A DNA stretch of 64,000 nucleotides from positions 5,862 through 69,861 of the forward strand of contig CALDRG010000063.1 in the NCBI GenBank assembly GCA_937911265.1, written 5' to 3'. The translations under genes and the position numbers were made by a program. How positions within the stretch are numbered: the first letter of the stretch is position 1; every line of letters starts with the position of its first letter. Positions 18,208 through 27,269 of the stretch are shown one piece after another. The notes below the pieces were generated by a model. The model was not told the origin of the DNA. It worked only from the letters and a program-made list of their open reading frames with translations, and made no database searches. The stretch is from an uncultured euryarchaeote (lineage in GTDB: Archaea; Thermoplasmatota; Poseidoniia; Poseidoniales; Thalassarchaeaceae).

Positions 18208-19641
18208 ATGAGTGCGCACGCGAACAGTCATGGGACTTCTCGCACCGCAGCCTTTCAGGTGAGTGGAGTGACTGACGGCCTACTGATTCGCAACTCGGCA
18301 ATGGTCATCGGCGACAGTGTCGCTCACGGCGACCTGCGAGTGGCTGGAGGGAGGATTGCGTTGGTCGCCCCTGGAGGAGGTCTGGATCCGCTTGACGGTG
18401 AGACCGTGATTGACGCTGAAGGGTTGCACCTGCTTCCAGGTGCAATCGACCCTCAGGTGCACTTCCGTGAGCCCGGACAGCCTGAGAAGGAAGACCTCGG
18501 CAGCGGCAGCAGGGCCGCGGCTGCCGGTGGAGTCACCGCCTTCCTAGATATGCCAAACAATGTCCCAGCCGCTACCACCTTGGAAGCGATGCGGGCCAAG
18601 TTAGACTCGGCGGCTCGCAGCACGGTGACTCATCATGGCTTCTTCATCGGTGCCACTCCTGACAACGTGGTCGATCTGCAGCAGGCAGTGGGCACCCCCG
18701 ACTCTCCCTCGCCCACAGCTGGAATCTGTGGCATCAAGGTGTTCATGGGTAGCAGCACGGGAAACCTACTGGTGCACCAGCAGCAGCACCTCGAGGCCAT
18801 CTTCGCGGGCACCGCTGGCATCATCGCCGTTCATGCTGAGGACGAGGACAGGTTGAACGCCCGCAAGCCCGAGTTCGCGCACAGGACTGATGTCTCGGCA
18901 CACGCTGAGTGGCGGGACAGCGAGACTGCTCTCATCGCCACCAAGAGAGCGGCGGCGCTGGCGGAGTCGCACAGACACAGGCTGCACGTCCTGCATCTGA
19001 CCAGCGCCCTCGAAGCCGATTGGCTGGCGAACAACAAAGGCAGCCTAATCACCACGGAGGTTTGCCCCCAGCACCTCACTTTCGACGACAGTGACGTGGC
19101 CGAACGCGGCACTAGACTGGTGATGAACCCGCCAATCCGATACGCCGAGGACCGTGAGACGCTGTGGCGGCGTCTAAGGGATGGTACCATCGACTGCATT
19201 GCCACCGACCACGCCCCGCACACGCTTGAAAACAAGAAACTGGGATTTCCGCAAGCGCACGCGGGAATGCCTGGTGTGGAAACTTCACTGCCACTGATGC
19301 TGACGCACGCGGCTGACGGTAAATGCAGTGTGCCCGACGTAGTCGGCTGGATGTGCGAGGGGCCTGCCCGGGTCTACGGCATGACCGGCAAGGGTAAACT
19401 GGCCAAAGGCATGGACGCCGACCTCGTCCTCGTCGACATGGAGTCACGCAGGAAGGTTCACGACACAGACATCTGGGCCCGTGTCGGTTGGACGGCACTC
19501 GATGGGATGGCACTGACAGGATGGCCGATGCTCACCATCGTCGACGGAGTGGTAGTGCACTCGCGTGATGTGGGCGGTACACTGCGCGGCAACGCTGTGG
19601 CTGCACCCGGATCCACCGGGCGCGCTCTCGAGTTCTCCTGA
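18208..19641 (+). CDS. pyrC: Dihydroorotase-like cyclic amidohydrolase
   Basis: DPQVHFREPG, MPNN and DHAPH motifs of the dihydroorotase/hydantoinase metal-dependent amidohydrolase family. N-terminal LLIRNSAMV...GGRIALV glycine-rich beta region. Confidence 0.7.
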   Translation: MSAHANSHGTSRTAAFQVSGVTDGLLIRNSAMVIGDSVAHGDLRVAGGRIALVAPGGGLDPLDGETVIDAEGLHLLPGAIDPQVHFREPGQPEKEDLGSGSRAAAAGGVTAFLDMPNNVPAATTLEAMRAKLDSAARSTVTHHGFFIGATPDNVVDLQQAVGTPDSPSPTAGICGIKVFMGSSTGNLLVHQQQHLEAIFAGTAGIIAVHAEDEDRLNARKPEFAHRTDVSAHAEWRDSETALIATKRAAALAESHRHRLHVLHLTSALEADWLANNKGSLITTEVCPQHLTFDDSDVAERGTRLVMNPPIRYAEDRETLWRRLRDGTIDCIATDHAPHTLENKKLGFPQAHAGMPGVETSLPLMLTHAADGKCSVPDVVGWMCEGPARVYGMTGKGKLAKGMDADLVLVDMESRRKVHDTDIWARVGWTALDGMALTGWPMLTIVDGVVVHSRDVGGTLRGNAVAAPGSTGRALEFS

Positions 19642-22140
19642 TTAGCCCTCTACAGTTGCGGAGTTCTCGTCATCCTCTTGATCCTCGGCATCAGACGAAG
19701 TGGTGTCCGGGTCAGTGGTCTCGCCTTCATTATCGGAGTAGTAGATCTCGGGCTCATCGTATCCAGGAATCTCTATCTCAACCATGAGTTCGAGGTCGTC
19801 GGTCCTGTGGACCGAGACGCCGGCGGTGGAAAATGCGTAGATGTAGTCGCCCATGAATATCGATCGGCGGATGCTGGTCGAACCTCCCCACCAGCCTGAC
19901 AGACCATCCTCGTTGTAGAATTCAGAGTGGTTGACCATTCCGTGGGTGCTGAGCGTGCCACTCTCTACGTCTACGTCAATGAGCTCGAGGGTGGAGACGA
20001 ACTCGTAGCCGGAGTAGGTGTAGGTGCGCCCGTCAATGATGACCTCATCCCAGGTGTAGCGGTAGGTAGACAGTGGTACTGCGAGCAGTTGCTCAGGCGC
20101 CCAGTAGGTGAATGCCTTGTGCTCGTAGGTGGCCTCGGAGAATGACCACGACCAGCCGCAACCCCACTCGTCGCAGCTCTCGTCCCCGTAAGCCGGAGAC
20201 AGTGGCAGTGAGTCAGCGAGCACCGGATTGGTAGGGTCGCTAACATCGAATAGAGAGACTTGGGTGATGGACCAATCGAGTCCTTCGCCGTCGGGCCCGG
20301 GTCCGATGCCGATGGTTAGCAGAGTGTTAGCATCGACCGGGTGGATATAGGTCGAGACGCCCGGAACCTCGAGCTCGCCGAGAATCTTCGGGTCGGTCGG
20401 ATCGGTAAGATCGATGACCCAGAGCGGATCTATGTTGCGGAAGGTGACTAGGTAGGCGCGGTCGCCCACAAAGCGTGCGCTCCAGATACGTTCGCCTTCG
20501 GCAATGTCGCCGACGTGGCCGATTTGTACCAACTCGGCAGAGTCACCCTCACATCCCTCGGGAATCATGCACTCCATCGCGAATAGAGTGAATACATTGT
20601 TTGTGGGACCTGTCCACTCTTCGCCCTCTAGCCACCAGCGGCCCCATGCGTCCTCGGTGGTAGCGACGCGGATGACCCCGTTGTGCTCCGAGAGTGAGAA
20701 TTGATCCTGCACCGTGCCATTGACCCTGCCAGAGGCGACGTAGGTCGTCTCGGAGGGGTCGCTGATGTCGAAGACGTGAATGTTAGTGGCGTCATCCCAG
20801 CCGGAGTTACGCCAGAACCACCACCAGTCGTTGGCGGGCTCTGCTAGTACCATGACATCCTGAGAGGCGTACACATGCGCCCATGAGGAGGTGATGTGAT
20901 CGACTTCCATTTCAGAATCATCACCGAGCATCTGGATCGTCATGATGGTCGTGAAACCACGGCCGGCGCTGTCGGCGCTGGCCGAGTACTCGCTGCAGTC
21001 TCCCGAGCTTATCGGGTGTTGGAACAGGCCCTCCTCGTCAATCTCGTAGATGTGCGGAGCGAAGTCGTCGAGGGTCAGGTCATCGATGATGGCCTGATTG
21101 GCGGTGATGGTTTCTTCCATGCTCTCGTTCCAGATATCCATCCTCACCTCGTCGCTGTCTGACTCCCAGTAGGTTTCTGGCAGGTAGACCCATGTGCGCA
21201 TGCCCTCGATGTAAGTCCACAGGTGAGTTATCGAGCGCATGGTTCCGTTGATCAGCCTCGCGGTGTGGTAGTTACCCTCGATGTAGATCTCGCGCTCGAC
21301 CTCTGGAGCAGCCCTGTCGGAGACGTCGACGACGGTGTACTTCACGAGATTTTGTACGCGGGTGTAAGTGTAGGAGTACTCCTCCTCTCCAGGATATTTG
21401 ACGGTGACCTCTTCCGACATCAGCTCCCTCAACGGGTCATCGGCTTTCAGGTTCCAGTAGTATATCGAAGAGGCGATGACAAGTCTGTCGCCATCAAGCA
21501 TCATCTGCATCGGATAGCCCTGCACACTCATGTTGGACTCGAGCGTCAGTTCACCAAACTCGGGGACACCCATAATCACCAGCAAGTTGCCGTTGAGCAT
21601 GTAGATGTGGTAACCGTCGGTCTTCAGGAAGTCGGCCTCGTCGACGCCATCCTCCTGGTTGTTGGTCTCGGAGTACTCGCCCTCACGGCTAGTGTCGTCG
21701 GTGTTTGATCCAAAATCAGCCGATGCATCTCCGGCAGGCTCGGCACCGTCCATTTCCATCATGACATCGTCCCCAAACAAGCCGCCGCGCCAGACGGGGG
21801 CGGCCCAGTGCCAGTACGCCTGCTGGTCCAGTGCAACCAACATCTCGTTGTAAATCGAGTTCTGAAGATTCGTCAGTAGGAGTTCGCACTCGTCGTAGAT
21901 GTCGAGCACCGGCGAGGTACGCTCACGGATGGGCAGATTCAGCTGGGGGTACTCGCCCTCGAGCCAGTCAAGAATCGGATCGATGACCTCGTCGTCGATA
22001 TCATCGAGGTCGTTTATAGCACCCAGGCAGCCTGAGTTCAGCATCATCAACAGTACCAGAATTACAGTCCGTGGACTTCGCTTCATGTTTAGGGGCAACG
22101 GCTTGGGTAATATCAAGCGGTTGGTTAGATGGTTGGACAT
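19642..22140 (-). CDS. Secreted lipoprotein with LVIVD-type beta-propeller repeats and an acidic C-terminal tail
   Basis: Signal peptide plus lipobox-like LNSGC. Repeated motifs HVFDISDPSE, WVIDLTDPTDPKILGEL, SLFDVSDPTNPVLA, LLVIMG match the archaeal LVIVD repeat pattern. Very D/E-rich. Confidence 0.6.
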   Translation of the reverse strand: MSNHLTNRLILPKPLPLNMKRSPRTVILVLLMMLNSGCLGAINDLDDIDDEVIDPILDWLEGEYPQLNLPIRERTSPVLDIYDECELLLTNLQNSIYNEMLVALDQQAYWHWAAPVWRGGLFGDDVMMEMDGAEPAGDASADFGSNTDDTSREGEYSETNNQEDGVDEADFLKTDGYHIYMLNGNLLVIMGVPEFGELTLESNMSVQGYPMQMMLDGDRLVIASSIYYWNLKADDPLRELMSEEVTVKYPGEEEYSYTYTRVQNLVKYTVVDVSDRAAPEVEREIYIEGNYHTARLINGTMRSITHLWTYIEGMRTWVYLPETYWESDSDEVRMDIWNESMEETITANQAIIDDLTLDDFAPHIYEIDEEGLFQHPISSGDCSEYSASADSAGRGFTTIMTIQMLGDDSEMEVDHITSSWAHVYASQDVMVLAEPANDWWWFWRNSGWDDATNIHVFDISDPSETTYVASGRVNGTVQDQFSLSEHNGVIRVATTEDAWGRWWLEGEEWTGPTNNVFTLFAMECMIPEGCEGDSAELVQIGHVGDIAEGERIWSARFVGDRAYLVTFRNIDPLWVIDLTDPTDPKILGELEVPGVSTYIHPVDANTLLTIGIGPGPDGEGLDWSITQVSLFDVSDPTNPVLADSLPLSPAYGDESCDEWGCGWSWSFSEATYEHKAFTYWAPEQLLAVPLSTYRYTWDEVIIDGRTYTYSGYEFVSTLELIDVDVESGTLSTHGMVNHSEFYNEDGLSGWWGGSTSIRRSIFMGDYIYAFSTAGVSVHRTDDLELMVEIEIPGYDEPEIYYSDNEGETTDPDTTSSDAEDQEDDENSATVEG

Positions 22141-22454
22141 TTCCTGCTCAGACTGCCGGCCCTATGGGTCGAAACGGCGGGAAAGGGGTGTTACGCGGCC
22201 TCGGGGCGGGGATCGGCTCCTCGGAGTCCTCCTCCGCTAGGGTAAGGGCGTTCGTCGTTCCTACATCTCCTTCCTCAGAACCGGAGATTAGGGCTTGCGT
22301 GCCGCTCATGAAAATCAGGGCGGCGATGTGTAGGTCCAGGTTTCGGTCCATCAAGCAGCAATCATCGACATATCCATGATAAGCGACTTGGGCCCTTGAG
22401 TCACCCCTGCATCAGACCCAAAAGAAAGATACCTGACAACTCCGGAGATAAGCC

Positions 22455-23402
22455 ATGGAGTCTCCTCCCGACCTCTCGGACGGCCGGATAGGAATCATCG
22501 AATATCCATCTGCAAGTCCCTTCGAGATTCATCACATCCTGTGCAAGATGGACTCGGCTCCCCAACATTCCGTGTTCGGCTCCCTCCTGATGCCAGAGCG
22601 CCCCGCCGGTGATCCCATGCCGTGCGTGGTCGCCGTGCACGGGAGTCTGAACTGGAGGGGGCACCATCACGAACACATCGTGGGCTGGCTAGAGGCTGGA
22701 TTCGCAGTCTTCAGGGTGCACAGCTTCGACTCACGGCTCATTGGATCCACGGTCGAGGATCAGATGAGCGTGACATATGCCATGATGCTGACCGATGTCT
22801 ATCAAGCTCTCAGGATGCTATGCACCCATCCTGCGATAGATGCTGGCCGAATCGGTATAGCTGGTTGGAGCCTAGGAGGCACGGTCGCCCTATATTCCTC
22901 TTGGGAGCCTCTGGCAGAGGCACTGGCGCCTAGCGGCGAGCGCTTTGCTGCCCACCTCCCCCTCTATCCAGCAGCTCATCTGAGGATGGATGACCAACGC
23001 TGGTCGAAGAGTCCAATCCTGATATTGCACGGCGATGAGGATGACTGGGTACCTCTGAGTCTTGTCGAGAGTCTAGTAGAGGATATCAGGCCGCACGGTG
23101 CGAACATCGAGGTTCACGTCTACGAGGGCGCGCAGCATTCATTCGACTCGATCGAGCCCCTGAGCTTCGACCCGAAGGCCATCAGGCTTGACAGTCACAG
23201 GACCATCCGTATCGATATGCAGGGTGATATGTCAGCGGAGATTATGCCCGGTGTCGTCATTCCGCTCAACGAACCCGAAGAGCGTTTGGCGGCCTTCGCA
23301 GCCGTCCCCAACCTGGGAGTCCACAAGGGAGGTCAATGGACGGCGCGAAGGCACGCGCTTGGTTGCAGCACTGAGTTCTTCCAGAGAAGTCTCAGCGTAT
23401 AG
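22455..23402 (+). CDS. Alpha/beta hydrolase (dienelactone hydrolase / S9-like)
   Basis: GWSLGG nucleophile elbow. ...HGDEDDWVP.. acid, HSF histidine region. Confidence 0.6.
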   Translation: MESPPDLSDGRIGIIEYPSASPFEIHHILCKMDSAPQHSVFGSLLMPERPAGDPMPCVVAVHGSLNWRGHHHEHIVGWLEAGFAVFRVHSFDSRLIGSTVEDQMSVTYAMMLTDVYQALRMLCTHPAIDAGRIGIAGWSLGGTVALYSSWEPLAEALAPSGERFAAHLPLYPAAHLRMDDQRWSKSPILILHGDEDDWVPLSLVESLVEDIRPHGANIEVHVYEGAQHSFDSIEPLSFDPKAIRLDSHRTIRIDMQGDMSAEIMPGVVIPLNEPEERLAAFAAVPNLGVHKGGQWTARRHALGCSTEFFQRSLSV

Positions 23403-23466
23403 TGGCGGCTAGCTGCCTAGCACGTTGACCGCGTGGTCGCCGTTGATGTCGACTCCCTATGATTCG

Positions 23467-24198
23467 TTACTCTGGACCCCAGGGCGTGACTTGGCGTGTT
23501 AGTCCTAGCCTATGGGTGAAGAGGAATCGTAGGTTGAGCAAACCATCCCCCCAAGTGTTGATTTCCGCCTCGCCGACACGTGGACGATATGGAACACTCA
23601 CCTCATCTGTATTCTTCTTGCCCAGATACCGGCGCGCCCTGATTTTGAACTCCTGAGAAAGTGGCATACCATCGTGCTTGGGACGCACGCGCTCGTCCTC
23701 AAATATCGACTTGTGGAACACCCACATACCACTTTGTGAATCGTGTACGCCATACCAGTAGAGCAGGCTTGCAGTTGTACTCAGAACCCAATTACCGAAA
23801 CCGTGGATTCCGGGCATCGCTCCTTCCTCAGCCCGGCGCAACCTGTCGCAGGTAATCCACTGCAGTTCCTCATTGAGCAGCTTCCGCACCAGTCCGGGAA
23901 CCTCTTCACCTGGATATGTGCAATCCGCATCCATGGTCACAATGACATCTCCCGGAGCCATTGAGAAACCTGTCTTGTACGCTCTACCGTATCCTTTCCT
24001 AGGTTCGACATACACAGTCGCTCCCTCTCCCTCAGCGAGTTCTCTAGTGCGGTCGGTCGAGTTGCCGTCGATAATGAGGAAGTCTAGTTTCTCGCACCAG
24101 CCATCATTCGGGATGGAGCGAATTGTATCCACGATGGCGGCTTCCTCATTGCGCGTCGGTATCACCACAGTGACATGAACTGGTAGAGAGTCTGCCAT
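23467..24198 (-). CDS. GT2 glycosyltransferase, dolichyl-phosphate mannose/glucose synthase-like
   Basis: VVIPTRNEE, IIDGNSTDRT, MDADCTYP (DxD) motifs. Start moved to MADSLPVHVTVVIPT; the longest ORF adds an improbable 37-aa leader. Confidence 0.75.
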   Translation of the reverse strand: MADSLPVHVTVVIPTRNEEAAIVDTIRSIPNDGWCEKLDFLIIDGNSTDRTRELAEGEGATVYVEPRKGYGRAYKTGFSMAPGDVIVTMDADCTYPGEEVPGLVRKLLNEELQWITCDRLRRAEEGAMPGIHGFGNWVLSTTASLLYWYGVHDSQSGMWVFHKSIFEDERVRPKHDGMPLSQEFKIRARRYLGKKNTDEVSVPYRPRVGEAEINTWGDGLLNLRFLFTHRLGLTRQVTPWGPE

Positions 24199-24303
24199 GC
24201 TATCGAAGGCGGCGACCAAAGGCCTAGTTTTGAACAATGCGAAGCGCTGCCCAGAGGTCGTGCTCTTGAAATGCGGGTGCTGAGCCCCGAATAAGGGGGA
24301 ACC

Positions 24304-25524
24304 ATGCACATAGCCATGCTGTCAGCCGAATATCCGCCTCGCTGGGGCGGGATGGGTTCAACGGTGTACCACCTGTCCGCCGCTCTGGCCGCTAGAGGCC
24401 ACCGAATCACCGTCATCACCCGATCAGGAGGGGGCATTGCACCAAAAATCGAGGGCGTCGAGGTGCTGAGCGTGGGTTGGGTCCCTCTCCCAATGGCATT
24501 CACACGCTCTTACGGTCGCAGTGCGATGCGGGCTCTGAAACACCTGCACACTCGCGACCGGGTAGACGTCGTCCATCTACACTGCCCGATGATATCGTGG
24601 AATACCAAGCAATTTGAGAGTTGTCGGGAGAACATTGCTCCGGTGGTCTCCTCGCTGCACGGCTCGTGGCTAGGCGAACGAGATGGGCTGGTTGCCGCCT
24701 CGAAGCAGAAGGAGGCAGCGGTCTGGGCCAACCCCAATGACCTCGCGATACTCTTGACAGCCAAGCACTACGCCGGCTACGAGAGGGCTGCGGTCCGTGG
24801 CTCCAGCGTGTGCGTGGCGAACTCCAAGGCTACCAAGAACGACTTCGAGTCACGCTACTCACCCCCGTCCGACTGGGATTGCGAAGTGGTACACTGGGGC
24901 GTTGACACCAGCATGTTCGTGCCGCTGCACCGTGATGATGAGGATTCTGTCGCAACCCACGAAAGGATTCGATCCAGATATGGTGGCTCGCGTCTGCTAC
25001 TGGCAGTGGGGCGTCTCGCGGCGAGGAAAGGCTACGGCCTGCTGCTCCGGGCCTTCGCCAATATCCATTCATCGGACTCCCAAATTCGTCTGGTAATCGT
25101 CGGACGAGGCCATCTGCGCTCGCGCTTACAGAGACAGGCCCGAGCTCTCGGTGTGGCTGACGCGGTAACAATTGAGTCGGGGATGCCCTTCGAAGAGTTG
25201 GCGGCGCTGTTCCGCTCCGCCGACCTCGTGGTCTACCCCTCTTACTACGAGGGTCAGGGCCTTATTCCGCTAGAGGCCATGGCTTCGGGCACTCCCGTTG
25301 TGACAGTCGACCACGGGCCGCTGCCAGAGATGGTGGACGAGAGCGTCGGCAGGCTATTCGTGATGGGGGATCCAGATTCCATGGCGGGTGCCATCATGGC
25401 CGAACTGGCTGACCCTGAGAGGTTGCAAGAGAAGGGAGAGGCTGGTCGACGCAGGGTGCTTGAGAAATTCACCTTTGAACACGATGCAGGGCGTTTTGAA
25501 GCCATATACGAAAGGGCGGAATGA
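24304..25524 (+). CDS. GT4 glycosyltransferase
   Basis: EGQGLIPLEAMASGTPVV (GT4 E-x7-E region). N-terminal Rossmann MHIAMLSAEYPP..GGMG. Divergent from the GT2 gene. Confidence 0.75.
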   Translation: MHIAMLSAEYPPRWGGMGSTVYHLSAALAARGHRITVITRSGGGIAPKIEGVEVLSVGWVPLPMAFTRSYGRSAMRALKHLHTRDRVDVVHLHCPMISWNTKQFESCRENIAPVVSSLHGSWLGERDGLVAASKQKEAAVWANPNDLAILLTAKHYAGYERAAVRGSSVCVANSKATKNDFESRYSPPSDWDCEVVHWGVDTSMFVPLHRDDEDSVATHERIRSRYGGSRLLLAVGRLAARKGYGLLLRAFANIHSSDSQIRLVIVGRGHLRSRLQRQARALGVADAVTIESGMPFEELAALFRSADLVVYPSYYEGQGLIPLEAMASGTPVVTVDHGPLPEMVDESVGRLFVMGDPDSMAGAIMAELADPERLQEKGEAGRRRVLEKFTFEHDAGRFEAIYERAE

Positions 25525-25582
25525 AAATCCCAGTTGGGGAATTATTCATGCGTTGGTCGCACTGGCGTAGGTAGGGGAGAGC

Positions 25583-26656
25583 ATGGGAGAGACTCAGAGC
25601 CTGCGTGATTTACCTTCAGCTACAGTAGCCAACATCGCTATCATCCTGATGGTCTCGGTGCTAGCAATAATCCAGCTCAAGGCAGTAATACAGCCCCTAG
25701 TGATTGCAACTCTTCTCTTCCTGCTCATCCGGCCCGCTGCACAGTGGTTGGAGGAGCGCCCGATAATGCAGAAGTACGGCCATCCACTGATGCCATACGG
25801 CGTCCTCGTAGCGATTCTATTCCTAGTGATGTGGATAGCATCGCAGTTACTCTACTCCAACCTGACCTTGTTCACTGAGGAGATACCCGGACTGACAGAG
25901 AAGCTCAACATCAAGCTGACCTGGCTGGAGGGACTGGAGCTCTGGGGATACTCCTTCGACGTCAGCGGCCTGACGGCGCTCTTGAGTTTGGACACCATCA
26001 ACAACTACCTGACTGGATTCGTTGGCTCGTTGGCGAGTTTTACCGCCAGTGCAGCGACTGTTCTCATCTTCCTGCTCTTCATCATCCTCGAGGCCGAGAC
26101 CCTGCCTCGCCGTTTGAAAGCGGCTTACCCGGAGGATGCCGAGAGGGTGCAGGCTGTAGCAAGCTCCTCGGGAGAGGGCATCAACACCTATGTCGTTACT
26201 AGAGCCACCGTAGCCTTCGGTCAGGCCGTAATCGCGGGGATTATCCTCTGGTACCTCGATATCCCTGGTTGGTTCATGTGGGCATCGATCACCTTCATGA
26301 TGGACTTCATTCCCTACGTGGGAGCGCTGATTTCACTGATTCCTCCAATCTTCCTCGGCTTCATCGTACTGAGCCCGACTTGGTTTGCCATACTCATTCT
26401 GGTGTTGGTCCTCAACCAGCAGGCATGGGGGGCTGTGGTCGAGCCGCAACTGGCCGGACAACGGCTTGACATGTCTCCCATCGTGCTGCTTCTCCTAGTG
26501 GCCTTCTGGGGCTGGGCGTGGGGAGTAATGGGGATGGTTCTCGGAGTTCCTCTGGCTGTAATCATGAAGATCGCTCTGGAGTCCGACTCGAGAACGCGTC
26601 CAATTGCCATGCTGCTCTCCCGCGATCCCAAGCAACAGGCTGTAGAAGAGGAGTGA
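25583..26656 (+). CDS. AI-2E family transporter (PerM/UPF0118)
   Basis: 8 TM helices. FIPYVGALISLIPP signature. Confidence 0.7.
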   Translation: MGETQSLRDLPSATVANIAIILMVSVLAIIQLKAVIQPLVIATLLFLLIRPAAQWLEERPIMQKYGHPLMPYGVLVAILFLVMWIASQLLYSNLTLFTEEIPGLTEKLNIKLTWLEGLELWGYSFDVSGLTALLSLDTINNYLTGFVGSLASFTASAATVLIFLLFIILEAETLPRRLKAAYPEDAERVQAVASSSGEGINTYVVTRATVAFGQAVIAGIILWYLDIPGWFMWASITFMMDFIPYVGALISLIPPIFLGFIVLSPTWFAILILVLVLNQQAWGAVVEPQLAGQRLDMSPIVLLLLVAFWGWAWGVMGMVLGVPLAVIMKIALESDSRTRPIAMLLSRDPKQQAVEEE

Positions 26657-27265
26657 TTAGTCCCGCGGGACTATCACCACTAGGACTCCGTCGGCCCGGA
26701 TGTGCACTGACTCTCCCGAGCCGACATTGTGGAGTCCTTCCGTAGACAGGCTCATCGGCGCACCGTCCAACTCCCACCGGGCGCCGTGCAGGTGTACGCT
26801 ACGGCAGGGAGTTAGTGCAAACACTGAGAATTCGCCTCCGGAGCGCACCGCGAACTCGCGCTCGCCTTCCTGAGGATGTACCCGATGGGTTACAGAGTCC
26901 TCGTGGTGGAGTCGTATGGCTGCACCTGAAGGTACCTCGCACAACGCCGCCCAACTCCCGAGGAAGTGGCTTGTAGCGCCTCCATCCGAGCCGACGACGT
27001 CGATCTCATTGTAACCACGCTCAATGAGCAGTGAGAGAGACTTGGCTAGGTCGCTACTCGACTGGTCGGCTAATTCGTAGGTCCGACCTCGCCACCTGTC
27101 GGAATCGACAGAATCGAGGTCTCCGAGGACCTGATCGACCTCATAACCCGCCTCAGCAGCCCTATCGGCCCCTCCGTCGACTCCGAAGCAAACAGCACCC
27201 TTGAGAAGGCCCTCGACGACAATTTCCGAGGGTTGTTGTCCATTGCACCAGAGTAGCGCTCGCAA
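26657..27265 (-). CDS. Thiamine pyrophosphokinase
   Basis: LLWCNG...VCFGVDGGADRAAEAG...VLGDLDSV matches the TPK catalytic-domain pattern. C-terminal B1-binding beta region. Confidence 0.6.
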   Translation of the reverse strand: MRALLWCNGQQPSEIVVEGLLKGAVCFGVDGGADRAAEAGYEVDQVLGDLDSVDSDRWRGRTYELADQSSSDLAKSLSLLIERGYNEIDVVGSDGGATSHFLGSWAALCEVPSGAAIRLHHEDSVTHRVHPQEGEREFAVRSGGEFSVFALTPCRSVHLHGARWELDGAPMSLSTEGLHNVGSGESVHIRADGVLVVIVPRD

Positions 27266-27269
27266 TTCA

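Noticed and set aside
21223-21708. 161-aa plus-strand ORF inside the LVIVD lipoprotein gene (and similar ORFs 19927-20145, 20896-21162)
   Set aside because: Antisense to a gene with strong repeat-motif support. Composition-driven open frames.
22141-22454. Possible SRP RNA or RNase P RNA in the long spacer
   Set aside because: A CAGG...AAGCAGC stretch superficially resembles SRP helix 8. But there is no GNRA tetraloop in the right place, and I could not draw the conserved domain IV fold. No GGAAAGUCC P4 motif for RNase P.
24199-24309. 37-aa N-terminal extension of the GT2 ORF
   Set aside because: No hydrophobic or functional character. MADSLPVHVTVVIPT is the canonical GT2 N-terminus. The extension would overlap the divergent GT4 start.
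26269-26631. Overlapping ORFs within the AI-2E transporter gene
   Set aside because: Nested sense/antisense frames with no signals. Transporter frame has the family signature and 8 TM helices.
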